Shown: positions 54,501 through 64,000 of the stretch, one piece after another
Layout of the letters: every line of letters begins with the position of its first letter
How positions within the stretch are numbered: position 1 is the stretch's first letter
From: Prasinococcaceae sp. CCMP 1430
Lineage: Eukaryota; Plantae; Prasinodermophyta
DNA length: 64,000 nt
NCBI GenBank assembly: GCA_013416795.1
Contig: RQSC01000021.1
Span: forward strand, 62,001-126,000
Direction of reading: 5' to 3'
Translations under genes and position numbers: made by a program
Notes under the pieces: generated by a model
Told to the model about the DNA's origin: nothing
Databases searched by the model: none
Seen by the model: the letters and a program-made list of their open reading frames with translations, nothing else

Positions 54501-56667
54501 CAGAACGATCTCGGTCGTGGTGATGACGGTGGTGGTCACCGAGATATCCAGGTTGCCACCAGAGCCGCCGCCCTCTACTACCTCGAGCGTGATACGCTCC
54601 GCCATGTCCTCCGCTAGCTGAGCCAGCCGCGCCTCGTTGGCGAGCGCATCCAGGTCTAGCGGCACCAACACCGCCGCTGCCGCGTACGCCACCGGCGTGG
54701 CGGTTCCGTTGCCGTACGCCGTACCGTTGGTAGCGTTGGACGCGTTGCCAAAGTTCATGGGGCCCTCAACCAGCTCGCGTCCGCGCGCGGCGCTGTTGAG
54801 GACGTTGCTGCGCACCTCCTCGTGGTAGAACGCCCAGAAGTCTTCGTCTGAGGCAGTGTCGGCGCCTGGCATGCGCGTGAGCCTCTGGTTGATCACCTCC
54901 TTACGCATCTCGCCCCAGAACGATTGTGCTTCTTCCTCTCCGAGCGCCACGCCCATGGCCTCGCGCAGGGTCATGCCAGCGTCTGCCATCGCCGCCATGA
55001 CCGCCGCTGCCGACTGGGGTGTCCCCGTCTGCACCAAAGCGCGCAGCTCCTCGCGCGCGAGCGACGCGGCCTCGGGGTCGACGGAACCCATCTCCGTGTC
55101 GGAGCCCACGCCCATCGTGGCAAGGAGCGAGCGGTGGCGCTCCCCGCCGCCGTCTCCGCCGTTGCACCTGCCGCCGAGGTTAGGCACTGGCAGCCCGCAC
55201 TGCCTGTTTACGAAGCTGCCGTACGTGAGCACGCTCGTCGAAAATTTGTACAGGTGCGGGGCGCACGGGTGCGCGCCCGTCTCTGCCATGTAGTCGCAGC
55301 AAGAGTCAAGCTGCGTCTCAACGCTGGCGTCGGGGATGCACTGCGAACCGAGCGCGCCGATCAGGACGGGGTGGAGTGCTTGGTCGCTCAGCACGCACTC
55401 AAAGCAATCGCACCCCTCAGAGAGGAAGGTCTCTTCAGGGGTGATGGGGCTGTCGCCCTCGGCGAAGTCCTCGATCCTCTTGAGCGCAGCACACTCGGGC
55501 GCGGGGCAGACCAGCACGTCCAGCTCTACGCACGTCTCCGTCTCTTCCCATTCGGTGAAGCGCAGGCCCTTCTCGTGCAGCGCCATCTCGTCGTAGCTCG
55601 CCATCACGATGCGCAGTGCGTCGATGTCGTGAGCGGCGGGGTCGACGGCCTCGCTGGTGACCGGGTGCACCCTCGTGTCCTCCTTCTCCCAATCCCAGTC
55701 GATCACCTTGTCACCAACGCTCGGATCGTACTTCTCGTCGCCAGGCAGGTACCAGTCCACCCCGCCCGCAAAACTGCGCCACGGGTAGCCCAGCTGGAAC
55801 CAGTACATGCAGTACTGATCGTGGTACGAGGCGGTGAAGTCCGTGCTCATCGTGAAGTTCGGATCCGCGAAGGTGGGGCGCTCGTTGTAGATGCGCCACA
55901 CGTCGGTGTTGTTGTCGCCGCCGAGGACCCCCACGTTGCCTTCCCTGAAGCAGTCGAGCATCGAGTTCACGAAGCACGGATGGGTGGGATCCGTGTCGAC
56001 GATCTTGTAGCAAATGTTCTCCAGCGTGAATGTGGGGTACTGCTCTCCGGACGACGTCGGCTCCGGCGTGTACTCGAGACGCAGCAGCCAGTCGGTGAGG
56101 TCGCGCATCTCGACGAGAGCCTCCTTCGACAGCATCGTGCAGTCCTCCGCGTCGTCTGCGCGGGGGCAGCGCGCGCGCCGGGGACGATGCGAGCGCGCAG
56201 CGCGACGCCGGGCACCGCGAGAGTGCCGAGCGCACCAACGCAAGCGCGGGAGCCAAGAGGGCAGTGTGTCAGCGCGCGCGGAAGGGGGACGCCGGAGGCG
56301 GCGCATCGGCCGCGCGCGTGCGCTCGCGCGTGCGCAGACCCGAGCCTCGGCCCGCGGCACTCGCTCGCGGCGCGCGGGCGCATGCGCGCCGCGCACCGGC
56401 ACACGTGGCGATGATCGACTGCGCGCGCAAGCCCGACCACTCGTCCTCGTAGAAGTCCATCTCAGCCTCCAGCCTCGTGCCCTGCTCGACCCACAGCTCG
56501 AAGACGTCGGTCTCGGTGATGAAGCCGATCCCAAAGCCGAGCGCGCCAATGGCGAGCAGCAGCGCGATCGTCGCTGACACGAGGAGCGCTCCATTGCGAG
56601 CGACGTACTTGCCCAGCGATCCGAAGTTGCGCTGAAGCGTGCGCTCGACCCCCCCTCCGAGCCCCAT
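51516..56667 (-). CDS. Patched-like sterol-sensing-domain RND transporter/receptor (1636 aa), 2 exons
   Basis: Exon 1 56397-56667, intron 56156-56396 (GTGCGC...GCGCAG), exon 2 51516-56155. ETDVFELWVEQGTRL, PCFVNSMLDCFREG, SSD TLQVVPFLGVGLGINDF, TM10 AIGIAVEFHAHI; 12-TM layout. Confidence 0.88.
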
Positions 56668-56719
56668 GGCGGCGGGCCGCGCGCGCGCGCGCAAGCGCGA
56701 GCGCGCGCGCTCGCGCTTG

Positions 56720-57040
56720 NNNNNNNNNNNNNNNNNNNNNNNNNNNNNNNNNNNNNNNNNNNNNNNNNNNNNNNNNNNNNNNNNNNNNNNNNNNNNNNNN
56801 NNNNNNNNNNNNNNNNNNNNNNNNNNNNNNNNNNNNNNNNNNNNNNNNNNNNNNNNNNNNNNNNNNNNNNNNNNNNNNNNNNNNNNNNNNNNNNNNNNNN
56901 NNNNNNNNNNNNNNNNNNNNNNNNNNNNNNNNNNNNNNNNNNNNNNNNNNNNNNNNNNNNNNNNNNNNNNNNNNNNNNNNNNNNNNNNNNNNNNNNNNNN
57001 NNNNNNNNNNNNNNNNNNNNNNNNNNNNNNNNNNNNNNNN
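56720..57040. other. Assembly gap (N run)
   Basis: Continuous n upstream of the Patched-like start codon. Confidence 1.
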
Positions 57041-57761
57041 CCCCCCGGCGCGCGCGGTGCCGGTGCGCGTGTGCGGCTGTGAGCCCGCCGCTGCGCCCAG
57101 CGCCTCGCCACATCAGCGCGTCGACGCGCAAATCCGCGCCGTCCCCCCGCGCGCCCGCGCATGCGTTTCGACCCGTTTCGGGGGGACGCGCGAAAACGCC
57201 GAATCTGCGTTTCGCGCCGCGAGGGCCAACAACCGCGCCACGGGAGAGCCGACGCGCACACGCGCGCGCGCCGCGGCGAATTTCGCGGGCGGCGCCGAAT
57301 TGGCGCGCGGCCGGTGCGGCGAGCGCCGCGGCCGGTCCGATGGGCGATCCCACGGGAGGCGGGGAGCGGAATGGGAATGAGGGACGGATCCCCGATCCGA
57401 TCCGCGCGTCCGGCGCGGCGACCGGCGGCGAGGCCGGGCGGTTGGGTGGCTGACGGGCCGCCTGGGACCGGCCGGGACCGCGGGCAAGCGGAAGGGCCAG
57501 CCGAAGGGGACCGAACGTGACGCCGAGGGGGGAAGGACACGGCGCTTGCGGGCTCGCTCGAAACTCGATCGATTCGATCGATCGATCGAGGACACCCAAT
57601 CCCAGCCCGGCCCAGCCAGCGCGCCCAGGCACCTGCCCGGAGTTAGGGGACGGATTTGTATATTAGGGTTTTCATATTCAGGGTTTATCTCAAGCGACGC
57701 TCGAGGGGCGCCGGCTGCCGGCACGCGCCAGCGCGGGCGCCGCCGCGGCCAGAGCGCGAGC

Positions 57762-57861
57762 NNNNNNNNNNNNNNNNNNNNNNNNNNNNNNNNNNNNNNN
57801 NNNNNNNNNNNNNNNNNNNNNNNNNNNNNNNNNNNNNNNNNNNNNNNNNNNNNNNNNNNNN
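57762..57861. other. 100-N scaffolding gap (placeholder size)
   Basis: Exactly 100 n, immediately followed by telomeric repeats. Confidence 1.
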
Positions 57862-58020
57862 TAAACCCTAAACCCTAAACCCTAAACCCTAAACCCTAAA
57901 CCCTAAACCCTAAACCCCTAAACCCTAAACCCTAAACCCTAAACCCTAAACCCTAAACCCTAAACCCTAAACCCTAAACCCTAAACCCTAAACCCTAAAC
58001 CCTAACCCTAAACCCTACCC
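57862..58020. repeat. Telomeric tract (CCCTAAA)n, plant/green-algal type
   Basis: About 22 units with occasional CCCCTAAA and CCCTAA variants; C-rich strand on +, the orientation of a left chromosome end. Confidence 0.97.
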
Positions 58021-58344
58021 TGAATTCAGGGTAGGGTTTTTCAGGCTTCTTGATTCGTCTCGGCGGTTTCATGACGAGCGCCGTGCAGGCGTTTGTGCGC
58101 CCAGGTTGAGTGCGCAGAGGCTGCGGCGGATCTCTACGAGCACTTAGCACTCTTCAGATGTCTAAATGCACGCCTGAGCGCAGAGTTATGACTGTGTGAC
58201 GTTTTTTTCCCATTTGATGGATTTTGACCTACATGTACACGGACATGGAGTGGCGTGTCGGCACGCGATGTCTGCAGGGCACGTGCTGCATTTTTGTCAG
58301 GGGCGTTTTGCACGAGCGGCGCGCGCAGTGGCGCGCGGACGCGT

Positions 58345-58760
58345 TCCCGGCGGGTGTACGACCACGGGCCGCGTTTTCACGCGCCTCTTTTGCGCCCGTC
58401 GACCTCCTTTTCGTCCGTCTCTTCCCTGGAGCCCTGCTCCTCCACCACCACCTCCTCCGAGCCTGTCTCCTCCGAGACCGCCCCCTCCACCCCCTCCACC
58501 GTCTCCTCCGAGCCCGCCTCCTCCGAGCCCGCCTCCTCCGAGCCCACCTCCACCACCACCTCCCCCTCCCGAGAGCCCGCCTTCGAGGACTTCCGCGCCT
58601 TACTACGCCGGCGGCACCTCCGCAGCCAGCGCCGCCGCCGCCGCCGTGGTGGCCGCCCTCCTCTTTCCGGGGCTGCGCAGCAGGAGGCCGAGGGAGACGA
58701 GCACACCGTCGATACGGCTCCCTCTTCTTCTGCCCAGCGCGAGTGACGGCCACCAGCATC
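58345..58760 (+). pseudogene. Decayed or partial paralogue of the FG-GAP gene's SP-stalk + TM + tail
   Basis: SPPPP repeats, then RTSAPYYAGGTSAASAAAAAVVAALLFPGLRSRRPR versus intact RTSGRHSAGGIAAGSVAAAAVVATLLFLWLRRRRPR. A 1-nt deletion shifts the tail (EHTVDTAPSSSAQRE* versus ERTNETTPSSSAQRV*). Confidence 0.65.
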
Positions 58761-59647
58761 GGCACCACGGCCCTCGTAGATGCGGCACGAACGGCGCTCG
58801 ACGCCGTACGCTGTCCTCGTGCATTTTTACGTGCGAATTGCAGTCGGCCCCTCGCCCTCCAGCCCAGGTCAAAACGAATGCATTCTGCCAAAGCGCTCCC
58901 AATAAGAGCACTACTCTTTCCCCGCTGCATCAGCCAGCGCTGGCCCTCGCCCTCGCCCCCTCAGTTCCAACAACAAACGCCAACCAACGTCGCTCGCGCC
59001 AAACAAACGGACAGAAAAACAAACAAACAATTTGAAACAGCACACGAACACAAGCACTCAAACCCCAACCACCCTTCGGTACCAACCAACCGCCACGCGG
59101 GGGGGCCTTTCAAGGCGCCGGGCATGACCGGTTCGAGTTCGGACGCGCGCGCCACAGCGCGCGCGCGCGCGCACCGCAGCCGCGCGGCGCAAGCCGCGAA
59201 GCCGACGCGCGGCGCGCTTTCAGGAGGAGCGGGGCCGCTGTTGCGGCGGGAGTGGGGGGAGGCGAACGCGCGCGGGGCAGCGCGGGGCACCCGCGTGCGA
59301 GGCGCGCGCGTGCGCGGCCTCTGCTCGCCCGCGATGCGCGCACGCTCCCAGCACGCAGGCGCTTCTTGCCTCCTCGTGGGACGGCGCCGTCATGCTGGTG
59401 GTTGCATTTTGGGTTCTTTCCGGCTCTGTTGGCGCCTCGCCTCCGCGCTGCGCGCGCGCAGCCCCGCCCGCAGCATGCGCACACCCCCCGCACGCAATGT
59501 TGCGCGCGAGTGCCCGCTGACGCTCGAAGCCCCGCTCTAATCAGCAGCCACCCTACTAACAACAGACCCCCCTCCCCCCCCCCCCAGACACACACACACC
59601 ACCACCACCACAACAACAACAACAACAACAAATCAAAACAAAACAAA

Positions 59648-61183
59648 ATGCCGACCCCTCGCCGCTTGCTTGCATCGGCTGCTGCGATGCTGGCGACCAT
59701 GGCGGTGCGCATGACGCATGCCGCCCCGGTGCAAGTGTCCAAGGTGCTGGCCCCTGACCGCGAGGATGGGGACCGCCTCGGCTCCAGCGTGGCTCTCTCG
59801 GGCGACTACGCGCTGGTTGGCGCTAATCAGGACGAAGACGACGGTGGCTACGACAGCGGCAGCGCGTACGTGTTTGTGCGCTCGGGGACGTCGTGGTCGC
59901 AGCAGGCCAAGCTGGTGGCCAGCGACGGCGCGGCGTGGGAGCGCTTCGGCAAGAGCGTGGCGCTCTCGGGCGACTACGCGCTGGTGGGCGCTGATGGGGA
60001 CGACGACAACGGCTTCAATAGCGGCAGCGCGTACGTGTTTATTCGCTCGGGGACGTCGTGGTCGCAGCAGGCCAAGCTGGTGGCCAGCGACGGCGCGGCG
60101 TGGGACTATTTCGGCTACAGCGTGGCGCTCGCGGGCGACTACGCGCTGGTGGGCGCTCCATATGGCGACGAGAGCGGCGATAACAGCGGCAGCGCGTACG
60201 TGTTCGTGCGGTCGGGGACGTCGTGGTCGCAGGCCAAGCTGGTGGCCATCGACGGCGCGGCGGGTGACAACTTCGGCTACAGCGTGGCGCTCTCGGGCGA
60301 CTACGCGCTGGTGGGCGCTCCCGCCGACAGCGGCTCCGGCAGCGGCAGCGTGTACGTGTTTTTGCTCGATGGGATATGGTGGTCGCAGCCGGCCAAGCTG
60401 GTGGCAAGCGACGCCGCGGCGGGTGACCTCTTCGGCGCCAGCGTGGCGCTCGCGGGCGACTACGCGCTGGTGGGCGCTCCCGAGGACATGGGCTCAGGGG
60501 GCGGCAGCGCGTACGTGTTCGTGCGCTCGGGGACGTCGTGGTCGCAGCAGGCCAAGCTTGTGGCCAGCGACGGCGCGGAGGATGACCACTTCGGCTATAG
60601 CGTGGCGCTCGCGGGCGACTACGCGCTGGTGGGCGCCCATGGGGACGAAGACAACGGCTGGTTCAGCGGCAGCGCGTACGTGTTTATTCGCTCGGGGACG
60701 TCGTGGTGGTCGCAGAAGGCCAAGCTGGTGGCCAGCGACGGCGCAGAATATGACCACTTCGGCCATAGCGTGGCGCTCTCGGGCGACTACGCGCTGGTGG
60801 GCGCTCCTTTTGACGACGACCGCAGCAACTACACATACTACCGTGAGTATGACCATTACGGCTACGACTATCGCGGCGCGGAGCGCGGCAGCGCGTACGT
60901 GTTCGACCTGAACCCCTCGAGCCCTCCGCCCAGCCCTCCGCCGAGCCCGCCTCCTCCGAGCCCTCCTCCTCCTCCTCCGAGCCCGCCTCCTCCGAGCCCG
61001 CCTCCTCCGAGCCCGCCTCCGAGGACTTCCGGGCGTCACAGCGCCGGCGGCATCGCCGCCGGCAGCGTCGCCGCCGCTGCCGTGGTGGCCACCCTCCTCT
61101 TCCTCTGGCTGCGCAGGAGGAGGCCGAGGGATGGAGAGCGCACCAACGAGACCACTCCCTCTTCTTCTGCCCAGCGCGTGTGA
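59648..61183 (+). CDS. Type I surface protein: signal peptide, 7 FG-GAP (FG-GAP_2-type) propeller blades, extensin-like SPPPP stalk, TM (511 aa)
   Basis: ATG at 59648 after an A/C-rich leader. Seven KLVASDG...FG.SVAL.GDYALVGA....GSAYVF repeats, SP3-5 stalk, TM followed by RRRR, short tail. Intronless. Confidence 0.9.
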   Translation: MPTPRRLLASAAAMLATMAVRMTHAAPVQVSKVLAPDREDGDRLGSSVALSGDYALVGANQDEDDGGYDSGSAYVFVRSGTSWSQQAKLVASDGAAWERFGKSVALSGDYALVGADGDDDNGFNSGSAYVFIRSGTSWSQQAKLVASDGAAWDYFGYSVALAGDYALVGAPYGDESGDNSGSAYVFVRSGTSWSQAKLVAIDGAAGDNFGYSVALSGDYALVGAPADSGSGSGSVYVFLLDGIWWSQPAKLVASDAAAGDLFGASVALAGDYALVGAPEDMGSGGGSAYVFVRSGTSWSQQAKLVASDGAEDDHFGYSVALAGDYALVGAHGDEDNGWFSGSAYVFIRSGTSWWSQKAKLVASDGAEYDHFGHSVALSGDYALVGAPFDDDRSNYTYYREYDHYGYDYRGAERGSAYVFDLNPSSPPPSPPPSPPPPSPPPPPPSPPPPSPPPPSPPPRTSGRHSAGGIAAGSVAAAAVVATLLFLWLRRRRPRDGERTNETTPSSSAQRV

Positions 61184-61530
61184 CGGCCACCAACATAAAG
61201 TGGCCACGCAGTACACCCGTCGTTTCCATTCAAAAAAGAAAAACGGCCGGCGCCGCCCCCCCCCCCCCCGGCACACTCCTCGCGGGGGAACCAAGAATCC
61301 ACGCGAATACGCGCGCGGGGCCCGCGCTGGGGGAACCGCCCCCATCAAAAAGCATTGGGAGCGTGCGCAGCTGGGTGCTATTCTACAACCTTGGTATAGC
61401 CAAAATGCCCAACCCCGAGTATGTAACCAACCACCCAACCGCCAACCGCACGCACATTCACACGCAGTTAGGGCGCGGGCCGTAGCGCGCGCGCGCCGTA
61501 GCCGCGCGCCGCGCCGCGGCGGCGCCACAG

Positions 61531-62247
61531 CGAGGCGGCCCCCTCCGCCCCCTCCTCCTCCTCCGAGCCCGCCTCCGAAGAAGGCACAGAAGAAGACGAA
61601 GGTGAGCGCGCTGGTGCCTCCGCGCTTGCTTGTCGACGCGGCATGCCTCATCTGGCTGGCGCGACCTGTATCGCACGGGGTGACGATGCTGACGCCAGTG
61701 CCAACGCGCCGAATGTTAGGACAAGAAGGACAAGAAGGGCAAAACGAAGGGCAAAAAGAAGGGCGAGAAGGCCGAGAAGGGCGACAAGGGCAAGAAGCGC
61801 TCGAAGAAGGACATGAAGACTCCTCCACCGCCTCCTCCGAGCCCGCCTCCCCCTCCGCCCCCTCCTCCTTCTCCTCCGAGCCCGCCTCCCCCTCCGCCCC
61901 CTCCTCCTCCTCCTCCGAGCCCGCCACCGAAGAAGGCAGAGAAGAAGACAAAGGTACGCGGGCTGGTCCCTCAGCGCTTGCTTGTCGGCGCGGCGTGCCT
62001 CACCTGGCTGGCGCGACCTGTATCGCACGGGGTGATGATGCTGACGCCAGTGCCAACGCGCTGCATGGTTTCGTCCACGTCGTCTGCCCCACCCACCCCC
62101 ACGCTCACGCGCGCACGCCAGAAGCTCTCGAAGAAGCAGGTCAAGAAGCTCTGCAAGACGGCAAAGAAGTCCAAGAAGAAGTGCAAGAAGGGCGACGCCA
62201 AGAAGAACTGCAAGTTCAGCAAGAAGAAGGGGTGCGTCCCCAAGTAG
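61531..62247 (+). CDS. Spliced Lys/Pro-rich protein with C-terminal Cys/Lys-rich domain; 5' end unresolved
   Basis: Exons about 61531-61601, 61720-61953, 62122-62247; introns 61602-61719 (GTGAGC...TTAG) and 61954-62121 (GTACGC...GCCAG), both phase 0. Reads PPPSPPPKKAQKKTK-DKKDKKGK...SPPPKKAEKKTK-KLSKKQVKKLCKTAKKSKKKCKKGDAKKNCKFSKKKGCVPK*. Confidence 0.65.
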
Positions 62248-62587
62248 GCGCGCCAGCTGGCGGCTGCGATCGCCGCCAACCCGATAGATTGCCACCCACT
62301 CCCCCACTCAAGCGCGCTCTGCTTACAACATCCATACCGTAAGAGCTTACATGCGGCAGAATAAGAGCTCAAACGGCGGCTCTAGAGTGAGTGTCGGGCT
62401 GCATTCGTGCGTTCAAGAAGAAGTCGTTGCTGTAGTAATAATGAGTGGGTGTCCCCGTGAGTGGGCTTCCAAGTCGCGGCCTCGGCAGCGCTCGCGTCGC
62501 TCTGCGTGCCTCTCGGCGACGCTCGCCTCGCCCGCCGTCCTCGCCACTCGAGTAGTAGTCCTAGTAGTGCCGTAGCAGTGGTACGCG

Positions 62588-62960
62588 ACCCCGGCGGGTG
62601 TACGACTACGGGCCGCGTTTTTACGCATCTCTTTTGCTCCAGTCGACCTCCTAGCGGTCCATCCCTTTCCCCTGAGCCCTTCTCCTCCACCACCTCCTCT
62701 GAGTCCGCCCCCTCCACCGCCTCTTCCGAGCCCGCCCCCTCCGAGCCCACCTCCTCCGAGCCCGCCTCCTCCGAGCCCGCCTCCTCCGCCCCCCCCACCG
62801 CCTCCTCCGAGCCCGCCTCCTCCGAGCCCGCCTCCTCCGAGCCCGCCTCCTCCGAGCCCGCGTCCTCTGAGCCCGCCTCATCATCATCCTCCTCCTCCGA
62901 GCCCACCGCCTACCAACCAACCAAGTCGCCATGAAATAACAAAAACGAATGCATTTTTTA
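62588..62960 (+). pseudogene. Third SPPPP-stalk module, paralogous to 58345-58560
   Basis: Shares CCCGGCGGGTGTACGAC.ACGGGCCGCGTTTT.ACGC..CTCTTTTGC with 58350-58400 and AAAACGAATGCATT with about 58871. No signal peptide or TM seen. Confidence 0.55.
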
Positions 62961-62977
62961 AATAAAGCCAGTCGACG

Positions 62978-64000
62978 TCAAACGCAGCAGCCACTTGTAT
63001 TTTTGTCGTCGCACACTCGCTCCTCGCCTCCCCCGCCAGCCGCCGCGCCTTCGCCCGCGCGCGGCGCTCCCGCCTCCCCCCCCATAGCCGGCCCCATCAG
63101 CAGCTTCCGCACGAGCTCCCTGCGCTCGGCCGCGCGCGTCCGCGGCTTGAAGGTGCACTCGCCCATCTCCCTGTCGCGCGCGGCCGCCTCGGCCTCGGCG
63201 CGCCTGCGGGCGGCGAGCGCGCTGCCCNNNNNNNNNNNNNNNNNNNNNNNNNNNNNNNNNNNNNNNNNNNNNNNNNNNNNNNNNNNNNNNNNNNNNNNNN
63301 NNNNNNNNNNNNNNNNNNNNNNNNNNNNNNNNNNNNNNNNNNAGCTTGGGCTGGAAGGTGCACTCGCGCTCCTCGGACGCGCGCCGCGCCGCCGCCACGG
63401 CGGCGGCGGACGTCGAGGAGAGCGGCCGCGGCGCGCTGCCCGGCCGCCGCCGCCGCCGCGGACCGCACGCGTCGGCGCCGTCACCAGCAGCAGCTCGATC
63501 CACAGCGGCTCGGTCCTCGCTCGTCCTCGCTCGACCTCCCTCTCGACCGGCGGCCCGATCCCTCCCCACGATCTCCCTGCTGCGCCTGCAGAGCCGCGGC
63601 TCGAACGTGTACTGCGCCATGTACTCGGCCGCCGCGGCCTCGCGCGCGGCGGCCGCCGCCACGGCGTCGCCGCGCGAGAGCCTCTCCACCTTGTCGTCGC
63701 CCGTCTCGCGCAGCCTGTCCGGCCGGCGCCGCCTGAGGACCTCGTCCGCGCGGCAGAGCTCCGGCTCGAACGTGCAGCCGCGCGGCTCCGTGCAGCGCGC
63801 GAGCATGCGCCGCGTGGCGCGGCGCCTCTCGAAGCGCGCCTGGCGCTCGTGGAAGGCCGGCATGCCCTTCGAGGCCACCAGCGCCTCCGACACGGCGTTC
63901 ACCTGCGGCTGGAACGTCAGCTCGGCGTCGGCCGCGCGCAGCGCCTCCTCCGCCGCGCGGGAGCGCTGCGCGCCCACGCCGCCGCGCTCGCTGCCCTCGG
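62978..64000 (-). CDS. 3' part of a coiled-coil protein with repeated (C)TFxP motifs; runs off the window and contains an N gap (63228-63342)
   Basis: ELTFQPQVN, GCTFEPELC, QYTFEPRLC, ECTFQPK, ECTFKPRT. After the gap, the frame ending CDDKNTSGCCV* at 62978 carries the motif. Such motifs occur in cytoskeletal/flagellar proteins of protists. Confidence 0.65.

Noticed and set aside
57560-57592. (GATC)-rich self-complementary stretch CGATCGATTCGATCGATCGATCG
   Set aside because: Consistent with a simple tetranucleotide microsatellite; its palindromicity is inherent to the repeat unit.
51516-57632. 2038-aa ORF as one continuous Patched protein
   Set aside because: It reads through an intron and an N gap. 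The real start is ATG 56667 in another frame, joined by intron 56156-56396.
59120-59150. GGTTCGAG T-loop-like motif suggesting a tRNA
   Set aside because: No cloverleaf or acceptor stem around it. I recognised no tRNA, rRNA or spliceosomal snRNA in the window.
59740-60900. Regularly spaced repeats with variable intervening sequence, superficially CRISPR-like
   Set aside because: They are in-frame FG-GAP blades of a eukaryotic protein gene; units are about 160 bp and there are no cas genes.

Overview
This is eukaryotic, very GC-rich nuclear DNA that looks like an early-diverging green alga (prasinophyte-like). The basis is (CCCTAAA)n telomeric repeats, short introns mostly starting GTGCGY, plant-type housekeeping genes and a flagellar dynein-assembly gene; the exact taxon is not verified. 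Bases 1-57.7 kb are gene-dense. They encode TMEM131, DNAAF1/ODA7, an aftiphilin-like FGDF-repeat protein, an alpha/beta hydrolase, Sec24, the mitochondrial ATP synthase 6-kDa subunit, eIF2B-delta, RPT2, TM9SF/TMN1, UFC1, an SmB fragment, an RRM+SPOC protein, a secreted LRR protein, a Kv channel, a SirB1-like protein, NO66/RIOX1, a SPRING-like protein, a large Patched-like protein and several unknowns. A 100-N gap (57762-57861) is followed directly by a telomeric tract, so a chromosome end lies inside this scaffold. The next 5 kb is a subtelomeric cassette: one intact FG-GAP propeller/extensin-stalk surface protein, two decayed or partial stalk paralogues and a spliced Lys/Pro/Cys-rich gene. 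The most notable items are that cassette, a perfect 30-bp palindrome at the telomere junction, a bacterial Rhs-toxin-type HNH nuclease gene, a PTCH1-like Patched next to SPRING, and an apparently dead cyanobacterial-type AAA+ ATPase. All homology calls come from remembered family motifs, not database searches. The supplied ORF track uses GTG/TTG starts and ignores introns, so I re-derived starts and exons by hand. The assembly has several gaps and single-N joins.
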